DNA of 64,000 bases from the human T2T-CHM13v2.0 reference genome, Homo sapiens. Below, in pieces: positions 1 through 44,966 of the stretch. The notes under the pieces were generated by a model. That model was not told where the DNA came from and did no database searches. It saw only the letters and a list, made by a program, of their open reading frames with translations. Every line of letters begins with the position of its first letter. Within the stretch, counting starts at the first letter, position 1. The position numbers were made by a program, and so were the translations under genes. The stretch lies in the NCBI RefSeq assembly GCF_009914755.1, contig NC_060943.1, one strand, 5' to 3'.

Positions 1-97
1 TCATTCCACGATGAAACATTTGTAGAGTCATAGGCCTTGTTAGTCTCATCTCCACGGGGACATATATCAACATATCATCTTTCATAATATAAATATA

Positions 98-725
98 CAG
101 TCGGTCCTCCATATCTGTGGGGTTTACAGGTGTTTATTGAACCAACAATAAATCAAAAATATTTTGAGAAAAAAATCCCCGAAGTTTCAAGAAGCAAAAA
201 ACTATGTTGAATCGACACAAATTGAGTGGCGTGTAGGCTGTGTCAGGAATTATAAGTAATCAAGAGATGATTTCATGTATACAGGAGGATGTGCATGGGT
301 TCTATGCAATTGCTATGCTATTTTTTTTTTTTGAGACAGTCTCACTCTCTCACCCAGGCTGGAGTGCAGTGGCGTGATCTCAACTCACTGCAACCTCCGC
401 CTCCCAGGTTCAAGCGATTGTCTTCCCTCAGCCTCCCCAGTAGCCTCCCCTAGGATTACAGGCACGTGCCACCATGCACAGATAAATTTTTTTGTGTGTG
501 TATTTTTAGTAGAGACGGGGTTTCAGAATGTTGGACCAGCTGGTCTTGAACTCCTGACCTTGTGATCTACCCAGCTCAGCCTCCCAAAGTGCTGGGATTA
601 CGGGCGTGAGCCACGGTGCCCAGCTTCACTATGCCATTTCATGCAAGGGGCTTGAGCATCTGCAGATTTTGGTATCTGAATGGGGATCCTGGAACCAATC
701 ACCCAGGTATAGTGAAGGACCATGG
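98..725. mobile_element. MER2/Tigger-type DNA transposon remnant interrupted by an Alu (321-625, minus strand)
   Basis: Starts TA-CAGTCGGTCCTCC and ends ...GGAACCAATCACCC...GAAGGACCATG. Uninterrupted paralogous copies lie at ~16497-16807, ~32945-33254 and 63167-63475. Confidence 0.6.
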
Positions 726-759
726 TATATAATTTTTATTTGTCAATCTTAAAAATAAA

Positions 760-1200
760 GCATAAAAAATTTACAACAACAAGATAAAAAATAAGAAGTG
801 TTTTTATAGTGTGAGGATAAGTTTAGATTTATTTTTTCCTACGTGTAACCCTATGGTCCTGTGTTATTTGTTGAGAAAATATTCTATTCCACCTTAAACT
901 ACATGGCAGCCTTTGTCAACTATAAAGGGACTGTGTATCCACAGATGTATTTTAGACACAGTTTTCTGTCCAGTGGTTCTCTGTATCCCCTCTCATGAGG
1001 ATGCTGCATTTTATATAAACTTATAGAACCCCTTAAAATTTGGTAACCTGAGTCCTCTGATTTGTTATTATAGGTTATTTAGTTTGCTTTTTTTTTTTTC
1101 TTGAGACAGACTCTTCCTCTGTCACCCAAGCTGGAGTTCAGTGGCTTGAGCTCAGCTCACTGCAACCTCCGCCTCCCAGGTTCAAGCTATTCTGATGCCT
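760..1200 (-). mobile_element. Old L1 fragment plus truncated Alu (region of the KIR distal promoter)
   Basis: AT-rich L1-like sequence repeated upstream of each KIR here (~16850-17415, ~33300-33860, ~63520-64000). The Alu starts at the poly-T near 1088 and stops at ~1200. Confidence 0.55.
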
Positions 1201-1379
1201 CTGGTTTAGTACTAGAAACTCAAGCAGGAAAATTAGAATGGCTTCTTGTCACAATTACTCTGATAATGTTAATAATACCTGTTAGACATTTTGCACATTA
1301 CATATGAAGAAGAGTTTGAATCTCAGATAAAAACAAAAATACATCAAAAATCTTTAATGTAAGCACAGAATTCAATCAT

Positions 1380-1652
1380 CTCGTGTATGAGAGGTTGGAT
1401 CTGAGACGTCTTTTGAGTCTGGTCGTAGTGAAGGACGCAAGGTGTCAATTCTAGTGAGAACAATTTCCAGGAAGCCATGTTCCGCTCTTGAGCGAGCACC
1501 CACTGGGCCTCATGCAAGGTAGAAAGAGCCTGCGTACGTCACCCTCCCATGATGTGGTCAACATGTAAACTGCATGGGCAGGGCGCCAAATAACATCCTG
1601 TGCGCTGCTGAGCTGAGCTGGGGCGCGGCCGCCTGTCTGCACAGACAGCACC
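1380..1652 (+). promoter_or_regulatory. KIR2DL2 proximal (bidirectional, CpG-rich) promoter
   Basis: STAT-type TTCCAGGAA 1465-1473 followed by YY1-like GCCAT, CRE-like TACGTCA, intact RUNX TGTGGT 1553-1558, E2F-like GCGCCAAA and a GC box GGGGCGCGG just upstream of the ATG. Layout matches known KIR proximal promoters. Confidence 0.8.
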
Positions 1653-15733
<14,081 letters not shown>

Positions 15734-16128
15734 TGAAGGCATGAGTCTGCATCTTAGGGCATCGCTCTTCCTCACACCACAAATCTGAATGTGCCTCTCA
15801 CTTGCTTACAAATGTCTAAGGTCCCCACTGCCTGCTGGAGAAAAAACACACTCCTTTGCTTAGCCCACAGTTCTCCATTTCACTTGACCCCTGCCCACCT
15901 CTCCAACCTAACTGGCTTACTTCCTAGTCTACTTGAGGCTGCAATCACACTGAGGAACTCACAATTCCAAACATACAAGAGGCTCCCTCTTAACGCAGCA
16001 CTTAGACACGTGTTGTTCCACCTTCCCTCATGCTGTTCCACCTCCCCTCAGACTAGCTTTCAGTCTTCTGTCAGCAGTAAAACTTATATATTTTTTAAAA
16101 TAACTTCAATGTAGTTTTCCATCCTTCA

Positions 16129-16134
16129 AATAAA
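16129..16134 (+). terminator. Polyadenylation signal of KIR2DL2
   Basis: AATAAA ~490 nt after the stop, at the same position as in 2DL1 (32576) and homologous to 2DL4 (62802). Confidence 0.75.
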
Positions 16135-17639
16135 CATGTCTGCCCCCATGGTTTCGGTAATGGGACTCTTTTCTTGCCTAAGGCTTCCGGTGTTATCAGT
16201 ACCATGTCCATATAATCCCATCTGTTCCCCACTGAGTTCTCATCCCCGGACTCTGAGTTTCTGGAAGCAGGGTGGAGCCTCATTTGTCTCTGAGACTCCA
16301 ATTTCCATCCAAAGATGTAGCACATAGGAGGTTCCAAGGATCACGAATCATATGAACAAGTGATACTCTTACTCTCTGCAGACCTGGAAAGCTGGCAGAG
16401 TCATTCCACAATGAAACATTTGTAGAATCATAGGCCTTGTTAGTCTCATCTCCATGGGGACACATATCAACACATCATCTTTCATAATATAAATATACGG
16501 TCACTCCTCCATATCTGCGGGGTTTACAGGTGTTTATTGAACCAAGTATAAATCAAAAATATTGAGAGAAAGTATCCACAGAGTTTCAAAAAGCATAACT
16601 ATGTTGAATGGACACAAATGAAGCTGTGTGTAGGCTGTATCAGGAATTATAAGTAATCTAGAGATGATTTCATGTATACAGGAGGATGTGCATAGGTTAT
16701 TTGCAAACTCTGTGCCATTTCATATAAGAGGCTTGAGCATCTACAGATTTTGGTATCTGAGTGGAGATCTCAAAACCAATCACCCACGAATAGTGAAGGA
16801 TGACCGTATATGACTTTTATTTCTCAAATTTAAATATAAATCATAAAAAATGTACAACTAGATAAAAACTAAGAAGTGTTTTTATAGTGTGAGTTAGATT
16901 TATTTTTTCCTAGGTGTAACCAATTGGTTTAATATTATTTATTGAGAAGACATTCTATGCCACCTTAAACCACACGGCAGCCTTTGTCAACTCTAAAGGG
17001 ACTGTGTGTACATGGATGTATTTTAGACACTGTTTCTGCTAAGGGGCTCTCTGTGTCCACACTCTTGATGATGCTGCACTTTATGTAGCCTTATAGAACC
17101 CTTTAAATTTAGTAGCCAGAGCTCTCTAATTTGTTATTATAGGCTATTTGCTTTTTTTTCTTGAGGCGGAGTCTTGCTCTGTCGCCCAGGCTGGACTGCA
17201 GTGACACAATCTCAGCTCACTGCAACTTCTGCCTCCCAGGTTCAAGCGATTCTCATGCCTCAGCCTCTTGAGTAGCTGGCGTTACAGGTGCCTGCCACCA
17301 GGCACGGCTAATTTTTGGATTTTTAGCAGAGACACGGTTTCACTATATTGGCCAGGCTGCTCTCAAACTCCTTATCTCAGTTGATCCGCCCACCTCGGCT
17401 TCCCAACGTGCTGGGGAAACTTGATTTTCTATAGCATTATGTTACTGGATATTTCTGTAAAATTTAAAATGAGGGAGGGAGAGAGACAGACGGAAAACAA
17501 ACTCCAGAGTTGGGACTCTGGAATCTTGGGTCATGAGACAAATTTTAGATTAAACTACAAAACTCCAGAATTTACAGGTGGGGTTTTTACTGATAAAGTA
17601 CAATTCTAAGATTGTAAATAATTGCATAATCCTTCCCTG

Positions 17640-18121
17640 GGAATTTAAATCATTTTAACTGGTTCTGCTGTAATACTAGAAATACAAGCATGAAAAATTC
17701 TAATGGTTTATTAGTGACAATGACTCTGAAAACATTAATAATACCTATTAGATATTTTGCATATTACACAGGAAGAAGAGTTTGAATCTCAGATAAAAAC
17801 AATAGAAATACATGAAAAGTCTTTCATGTTAGCACAGATTTTAGGCATCTCGTGTTCGGGAGGTTGGATCTCAGACGTGTTTTGAGTTGGTCATAGTGAA
17901 GGACACTAGGTGTCAAATTCTAGCGAGAACAATTTCCAGGAAGCCGTGTTCCGCTCTTGAGCGAGCACCCACTGGGCCTCATGCAAGGTAGAAAGAGCCT
18001 GCGTACGTCACCCTCCCATGATGTGGTCAACATGTAAACTGCATGGGCAGGGCGCCAAATAACATCCTGTGCGCTGCTGAGCTGAGCTCGGTCGCGGCTG
18101 CCTGTCTGCTCCGGCAGCACC
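17640..18121 (+). promoter_or_regulatory. KIR2DL1 intermediate and proximal promoter
   Basis: TTCCAGGAA, TACGTCA, intact RUNX TGTGGT 18022-18027 and GCGCCAAA are present. YY1-like GCCAT is changed to GCCGT and the GC box to CTCGGTCGCGG relative to 2DL2. Confidence 0.8.
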
Positions 18122-32180
<14,059 letters not shown>

Positions 32181-32575
32181 TGAAGGCGTGAGTCTGCATC
32201 TTAGGGCATCGATCTTCCTCACACCACAAATCTGAATGTGCCTCTCACTTGCTTACAAATGTCTAAGGTCCCCACTGCCTGCTGGAGAAAAAACACACTC
32301 CTTTGCTTAACCCACAGTTCTCCATTTCACTTGACCCCTGCCCACCTCTCCAACCTAACTGGCTTACTTCCTAGTCTACTTGAGGCTGCAATCACACTGA
32401 GGAACTCACAATTCCAAACATACAAGAGGCTCCCTCTTAACGCAGCACTTAGACACGTGTTGTTCCACCTTCCCTCATGCTGTTCCACCTCCCCTCAGAC
32501 TAGCTTTCAGTCTTCTGTCAGCAGTAAAACTTATATATTTTTTAAAATAACTTCAATGTAGTTTTCCATCCTTCA

Positions 32576-32581
32576 AATAAA
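32576..32581 (+). terminator. Polyadenylation signal of KIR2DL1
   Basis: AATAAA in the conserved CTTCAAATAAACATGTC context. Confidence 0.75.
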
Positions 32582-33518
32582 CATGTCTGCCCCCATGGTT
32601 TCGGTAATGGGACTCTTTTCTTGCCTAAGGCTTCCGGTGTTATCAGTACCATGTCCATATAATCCCATCTGTTCCCCACTGAGTTCTCATCCCCGGACTC
32701 TGAGTTTCTGGAAGCAGGGTGGAGCCTCATTTGTCTCTGGGACTCCAATTTCCATCCAAAGATGTAGCACATAGGAGGTTCCAAGGATCACGAATCATAT
32801 GAACAAGTGATACTCTTACTCTCTGCAGACCTGGAAAGCTGGCAGAGTCATTCCACAATGAAACATTTGTAGAATCATAGGCCTTGTTAGTCTCATCTCC
32901 ATGGGGACACATATCAACACATCATCTTTCATAATATAAATATACGGTCACTCCTCCATATCTGCGGGGTTTACAGGTGTTTATTGAACCAAGTATAAAT
33001 CAAAAATATTGAGAGAAAGTATCCACAGAGTTTCAAAAAGCATAACTATGTTGAATGGACACAAATGAAGCTGTGTGTAGGCTGTATCAGGAATTATAAG
33101 TAATCTAGAGATGATTTCATGTATACAGGAGGATGTGCATAGGTTATTTGCAAACGCTGTGCCATTTCATATAAGAGGCTTGAGCATCTACAGATTTTGG
33201 TATCTGAGTGGAGATCTCAAAACCAATCACCCACGAATAGTGAAGGATGACCGTATATGACTTTTATTTCTCAAATTTAAATATAAATCATAAAAAATGT
33301 ACAACTAGATAAAAACTAAGAAGTGTTTTTATAGTGTGAGTTAGATTTATTTTTTCCTAGGTGTAACCAATTGGTTTAATATTATTTATTGAGAAGACAT
33401 TCTATGCCACCTTAAACCACACGGCAGCCTTTGTCAACTCTAAAGGGACTGTGTGTACATGGATGTATTTTAGACACTGTTTCTGCTAAGGGGCTCTCTG
33501 TGTCCACACTCTTGATGA

Positions 33519-33829
<311 letters not shown>

Positions 33830-34239
33830 TGATCCGCCCACCTCGGCTTCCCAACGTGCTGGGGAAAACTTGATTTTCTATAGCATTATGTTACTGGATA
33901 TTTCTGTAAAATTTAAAACGAGGGAGGGAGAGAGACAGACAGAGAGCAAACTCCAGAGTTGGGACTCTGGAATCTTGGGTCATGAGACAAATTTTAGATT
34001 AAACTACAAAACTCCAGAATTTACAGGTGTGGTTTTTGCTGATAAAGTACAATTCTAAGATTGTAAATAATTGCATAATCCTTCCCTGGGAATTTAAATC
34101 ATTTTAGCTGGTTCTGCTGTAATACTAGAAATACAAGCATGAAAAATTCTAATGGTTTATTAGTCACAATGACTCCGAAAACATTAATAATACCTATTAG
34201 ATACTTTGCATATTACACAGGAAGAAGAGTTTGAATCTC

Positions 34240-34627
34240 AGATAAAAACAAAAAAAATACATGAAAAGTCTTTCATGTTAGCACAGATTTTAGGCATCTC
34301 GTGTTCGGATAAAAATACATGAAAAGTCTTTCACGTTAGCACAGATTTTAGGCATCTTGTGTTCGGGAGGTTGGATCTGAGACGTGTTGTGAGTTGGTCA
34401 TAGTGAAGGACGTGAGGTGCCAATTCTAGTGAGAACAATTTCCAGGAAGCCGTGTTCCGCTCTTGAGCAAGCATCCACTGGGCCTCATGCAAGGTAGAAA
34501 GAGCCTGCGTACGTCACCCTCCCATGATGTAGTCAACATGTAAGCTGCATGGGCAGGGCGCCAAATAACATCCTGTGCGCTGCTGAGCTGAGCTGGGGCG
34601 CGGCCGCCTGTCTGCACCGGCAGCACC
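34240..34627 (+). promoter_or_regulatory. KIR3DP1 promoter with inactivated RUNX site and ~58-bp tandem duplication
   Basis: TGTAGT at 34528-34533 (G>A at -97) versus TGTGGT in 2DL1 and 2DL2. Duplicated unit at 34253-34308 and 34311-34366. Confidence 0.85.
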
Positions 34628-38617
<3,990 letters not shown>

Positions 38618-39883
38618 TAGTGGGACTCAGACGGACTACAATGGCCACATTCAGGGGAGCCTCAGATGGAGGGGGTGGCCATGGGGGTGTCAGCCAGAGA
38701 TGCTGGACAGAAGAGACACAAAGCAAACATACAGAAAGAGGCATAGACAGACAGACAGAGCGAGGCAGACAGATCACATTAGGGTTTGGGGTGGTAACTG
38801 CAACCCTACCTGAAGCTTGCAGATAGAGCACAGGCCACATAAACCACTTCCCAGTCTTTGTACAGAAGCCCACCTGGGACACATGTAAACAGCATCAATG
38901 CTGACTCAGGAGCATGAAAGGCCGGGCTCAGATTGGAAAGACTAGAGGTAGCATTGGCCGCCCGCCATTGCCCATTTCCAGAAGCCCCCACCTCTCACCA
39001 AAGAGTGATTTCCACATGGGGGGCACAGATGCAACCATCGTTGGGGGAGCCCCAATGTCTCTTGATGGGAGGCATTTTCCACCCTAGATGTTTTTTGCTC
39101 TCTCCACACCTTGGAGACTCAGTGGGGGAGTCTTCTCTGGGGACTCGGGGAGGGCCTCCCTGGGACTCGCAGGATTTCCAAGCTAGATGACAACATGACA
39201 GGTGGAAACAGGCCCATTCCTTCGCCAGGGGCCCCAAGCTCCATCCCAGGAGATGAGAAGAGGCTCTTCTCATTGGTCAGTGGATCCCTGAGGGGACAGA
39301 GGCTCAGCACTGAAGGCTGAGAAGGATCTGCCACTTCGCTCAGTGGCCTCAAGCCAGACATCTTCCCTACAGACTTGCAGTGATTCTCCATCAGCATTTA
39401 GGGCTGTGGCCACCAACCTGGGTGTTGGTCTGTAGGAACTTTTCATTTCTGACCTTCCATAACTGAGTTCTCTTCCTAAATGTGGAATGCCTTGTACTCC
39501 ATGTTACTCTCTCCCCAGAAAGAATGTGTGGCTTGTCTGCTCTCCAGCCCTGTCATGGAGATTGATAATCCTTAGGGAGCAAGAGGAGAGGGAAAGAACA
39601 AAGTATGAGACCACCTAGGTGCTACTGGTTGAGGTTCCATTTGCCAGTGAAGGGACTTCACTCAGCCGAGGGGGCAACTCAGGGAAGTCAGCCGAGGGAG
39701 GGCATTAGAGTAGAGAGAACTGAGCTCACCCAGTAAATGACCCCTTCACTAACTCATTCATCTAATATTTATTTCACACCTACCATCAGTTCTCTCTGTT
39801 TCATGGCCAGGAGTAGACAGCACGGCCAAGCTCCTGGGTTCATGATGCTCACATTGCTGTGGGGTGGGAGAGAGAGGCAGAAC

Positions 39884-39972
39884 ATGAATGAATGAATGAG
39901 AGAATGAATGAATGAGTGAATGATGGAATGAGTGAATGAATGAATGAATGAATGTATGAATTAGTGAGTGAA
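39884..39972 (+). repeat. (TGAA)n microsatellite
   Basis: Visible ATGA/GTGA tetramer run. Confidence 0.9.
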
Positions 39973-40339
39973 TCCTTAGCACTTGGTGAAAGTGCCATGC
40001 ACAGAATGAAATGAATGAACGTGGAACGTTGTCATTTGGAGTGTACAGGAGGGAACGTCTCACTGAGACCTCATCAGAGAGATCACATTTAAACTCCGAT
40101 CTTAGAGACAAGAGGGAGTGAGCCCTGGGGAGTGTGTTGAAAGGAACTTTCATGGACTTAGGACATTGGGGATGACCCTAATGTGAGAATGAGCTTGGTG
40201 TGTTCCAAGAAGTCCATGGACCTGCCATATGGTGAGGGCTGGTCAGAATCCAGAGAGATTTCTAAATGCCCTTGTGCTTGTAAGGAAAGTGAGTCCTGTG
40301 GTTGGGAGTGGACTTATACCTTGGGTCAGGTCCAGCAAT

Positions 40340-43300
40340 TATCTTTCTAAATCCTCTCTAATTGCCTGAACCACTTCTATCAACAACTGAGAAAAGAGGA
40401 GTGTTAAACACCCCACTGTGGCCGTGGATTTGCCTACCTGTCCATTTATTTCCGCGACTCTTCCTCCATGTATATTTGCAGGAATATTACTGGGAGTGGT
40501 TAAGTGTAAACTGATTATATATTCCTGGTAAATTTAAAATGCTATAAATTTACCTGCTTTTTTCCTACATTTTATGCTTAATGTTTTCCGCTGATTTTTC
40601 CCAAAGACTAATTTTGTCTAATTTTAATATAGTTATACCACATTTCTAACAGTGATTGCTTGGTATATTTCTACATTGTTTAATTTCAAACTCCATGAAT
40701 TGTTAACATTGAGATGTGTCCTTTGTAAATTTCAAACAATTCGCCTTAGAAAGTAAGACTTTCTGACAATCTTTTGTTCATGTTTGAGCAGTTCTTCCAA
40801 TCATATTTTTGTTATTATTACGTTGTGTTTTCCTGATTCCCTTTTTTTCCCACTGACTTCTGTGGTTTTCTATTTCAAACATTCTATTTTTGATCTATGT
40901 CGTTTAGGAATACATATATGGTGTACTCATCCTGAAGTTGTTACATATTTTTAAAATTGAAATTAATCATTTCAGAGATTAAACTGCAAATATAAAAACA
41001 TATTTCCACTCTTCCTGTGTAAGAACAGGATTTTAGAGCATATTTAGTACATATGTTTGTATTTACTTATATGATGTTTTGTTTTGTGGTATACATAATT
41101 CTATCTTTTTCAGAAATTACACAGGGGCGTGTTTTCATACACTATCGTATGGTCCATATTCATTTTTGGCATAGCCATATTTTTAGTTCTTCCTCTGCTC
41201 TTAGTTATTGTCAGAATCTTCGACACCCCATCTGGTTTCACTTTCTTTATCTTTGAGGCACGGTCATCAGAATTTCCTTTAGGGTCAGTGAGAAAAGCTT
41301 TCTTTGCCCTTTTGTCTTTCAGTTCTGTTTCTTTCCTGCGTTGATCTTGGACAGTAACTGTACTATGTAAGGAATTGTCGGTGGCTGGCGACGGTATCTT
41401 AGCTGGGTAAAGATGCTATTCTACTGGCTTATGTTTTCCTTTTTTCTGTGGGGAAGACAATGCTTGGCTCCCTATAAATCCTTACCAGCTGATCCTTTTC
41501 CTCTGGCTAATTTTAAGGGTTGGTTGTGCTTTTATGCTGCTTTTCTGTAATGTTGAACGTGAGGTGTGTTTACTTCATTCTGCCTGGCATTCACTGGATT
41601 TCTTGAACCTGTGGATTGATGGATGTGTCTACTTCCTCCAAATAATCAACAATTGCCTCTTTAAAGATTGCTTCTGACCTGTTTTCTCGTTCTTTCTTTT
41701 TGGAACTCAAGTTAGGAGCATTCTAAAACTGTTGTCAATTTTTACCCTGTCACAAAACTGCTCTTTCTTGTTTCAGTTATTTGCTTTTTCTGTGCATTAA
41801 TATTGATGGTTTCCTCTGTCATAGAGGATAAATACTCTCTTCACTGTTGTGTACACAACATTTTAACTAGTTATTCTGGTTTAAATTTAATATTGACTTT
41901 ATCTACATATCACAATTGATTACTGTGTACAGACTTTCTTTTCTATTAGTATAAATTTATGAGGTACACTTGTAATTTTGTGACATGAGTATGTTGCAGA
42001 GTAGTGAAGTCAGGACTTTTACTATATCCATCACCCAAATACCGTACATTGTACTCATTAAGCAAATTCTCATCACTCACCCACGTCCCGCCACCCTCCA
42101 GCCTTCTAGCCTCCGCTGTCCGTCATTCCACACTCTACGTCCATATGTACACATTACTCCCCTCCCATGTAGAGTGAGAAGATGTGGTATTTGTCTTTCT
42201 GAGTGGTTTTATGTAAAATAATGGCGTCCAGCTCCATCTATGTTGCTGCAAAAGACATGGTTTTATTTTTATGACCAAATAGTATTTCGTTGTGTATACA
42301 CGCATCCTTTTTTTAATCCAATCATTCATTCACAGACACTTAGATTGATTTCATATCTTTGCTATTGCAAACAGTGCTGCAATAAACATACAGGTGCAGG
42401 TATTTTTTGAGTAGATACCCAGCAGCGGGACCCCTAGATCGAATGGTGCTTCTATTTTTGGTTCTCTGCCAAATTTCCATACTGTCTTCCATAGAGGCTA
42501 TACTAATTTACATACCGGCCAACAGTGTATAAGAGTTTCCTTTTCTCTGCATCCTTGCCAACACCTGTTATATGTTTCACTTTTTCTTTTTTTCTTTTTG
42601 AGATGGAGTCTTCCACTGTCACCCAGGCTGGAGTGCAGTGCCGCCATCTCCACGCGCTGCAACCTCCACCAACCAGGTTCAAATGATTCTCCTGCCTCAG
42701 CCTCCTGAGTAGCTGGGATTACAGAACCACACCACCATGCCCAGCTAATCTTTTGTATATTTAGTAGAGATGGGGTTTCACTATGTTGGTCAGGCTGGTC
42801 TCAAACTCCTGACCTCATGATCCACCCGCCTCAGCTTCCCAAAGTGCTGGGATTACAAGCGTGAGCCACCACTCCCCACCAGCATTTTTAGTAATAGCCA
42901 TTCTGACTACTGTAAGATGATATCTCATTGTGGTTTCAATTTGCATTTCTCTGATGATTAGTGATGTTCATACGCTGTTTGGCCATTCGTATGTCTTCTT
43001 TTGAAAAATGTCTATGTATATCCCTTTGCCCACTTTTTAATGCTATTATTTGAGGGGTTATGTTTAGTTGTTTGAGTTGCCTAGAAATTCTGGATGTTAG
43101 TCCTCTGTTGGGTGCATAGTTTGCAAACATTTCCATTCATTCTGTGGGTTGTCTGTTCACCCTGCTACTATTTCCTTTGCTTGGCAGAAGCTCTTTCGTT
43201 TATTAAGTCCCATTGGTCTAGTTTTATTTTTATTGCCTGTGCTTTTGAGGTCTTAGTGATGAATTCTTTGCCCAGACCAATGCCCAGAAGAGTTTCTCTT

Positions 43301-44480
43301 TGGGTTTCCACCGGTGATTTTATAGTTCTGGATTTACATTTAAGCTGCTAATTACCTTAAGTTAATTTATGTGTATGATTACAGATACAGGTCCAGTTTT
43401 ATTCTTCTGCATATGGCTATTTAGTTTTCCCAGCACCTTTTATTGAAAAGGAAATCTTTCTCCAGTGTATGTTTTGTTAACGTCGTCAATGATTATTCAC
43501 TGTAGATATGAGGCTGTATTTCTGGGCTCTCTATTCTGGTCTATTGATCTCTGTTTCTGTGTCTATACCAGCACTGTGCTATTTAAGTTACTATAGCCTT
43601 AGAGCATAGTTTGAAGTCAGATAGCGTGATGCCTCCAGGTTTCTACATTCACCTAGAATTGCTTTCTCTATTAGGATCTTTTTTGGTTCTGTATGAATTT
43701 TAGGATTGCTTTTTCTAATTCTGTGAAAGCTGGTGTTACTATTTTCATATAAGAATTGCACTGAATCTGTAGATTGCTTTAGGCAGTATGGTCATTTTAA
43801 CAATATTAATTCTTATGATCCATGAGCGTGGGATTTTTTTTCTTTTTTTTTTTTTGTATTATCTATAATTGCTTTCATTGGTGTCTTACACCTTTCCTGG
43901 TACAGCTCTTTCACCACGTTGGTTAAATGTATTCCTGAGTGTTTTAATTTTGCGTATCTATTGTAAACGGCATTGCCTTCTTGATTTGGTTCTCAGCTAG
44001 ATCATTATAGGTGTAGAGAAATGCTACCGGCTTTTACATATTGATTTTGTATTCTGAAACTTTACTTAGTTCATTTATCAATCATAAGAATTTTTGGCAG
44101 GGTCTTTAGGATTTTCTAGATTTAAGATCATAGCATCAGAAATAAAAATAATTTTACTTCCTCTTTTCTAATTTGGATTTTTAATTCTTCCTGTTGCCCA
44201 ATAGCTCTGACAAGGCTTCCAGTACTATGTTGATAGGAAGTGGTGGATGTCCGTGTCCTTGTCTTGTGCCAGTTCTCAGAGGAGTGCTTTTAACTTTTCC
44301 TGTTCAGTATGATGTTGACTCTAGATATGTCATCTATGGCTTTTATTATTTTGAGGTATGTTCTTTCTATGCCTAAGTTTTTGAGGGTTTTCATCAGGTA
44401 AGGATGTTGAATTTCTTTTCAGATGCTTTTCTTTATGTCTATTGAGATGATCATATGGTTTTTGTTCTGGATTCTGCTCG
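40340..44480. mobile_element. L1 fragments (old L1M-like ~40340-41930; antisense L1 3' end/ORF2 ~41940-44480) with an Alu at ~42580-42880
   Basis: Antisense L1 motifs (TTGCATTTCTCTGATGATTAGTG, TTTTCCCAGCACCTTTTATTGAA, TTCCAGTACTATGTTG). Frames are heavily broken. Confidence 0.75.
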
Positions 44481-44966
44481 TTCTTCTAAGTGGATGAGAC
44501 ATGCCAGAAAAGCATTTAGTCAGCCATCTTGGAAACAAGCATCTCAGATGTTTTCTTTCTCTATAGCTCATTCTTTCTTACCAGTGTTTTCAATTTTGTA
44601 CTTAATTTTGTAAAGAGAGTAAATGATATAATTTCCACATATGTTTCCTCTGCCAAATCAGACTCACTATGCTTCCTTTCCTTGTATGCATAACCTACCC
44701 AGCAATACACACAAACATTTATTGCTTTGGAGAATTAGTTTGGGAACATTTTTGAAATGTACAAAAAAATGTATATCTTCAAAAGAAATTTCTTTTTGTG
44801 GCAAAAGACTTCTGAAGGTGCTCATGATGATATAGGGAGAAGAGGGGTTCTGGACAGGAAGAATTTTATGAAGGTGAGATGGGGAAATAGCTCCATTTCA
44901 GAGCTTCTGGGGAGAGAGGGGCCTGGCCCACATGGAAAGGTCTCTGATCTTACCCCCACCCTCCAG

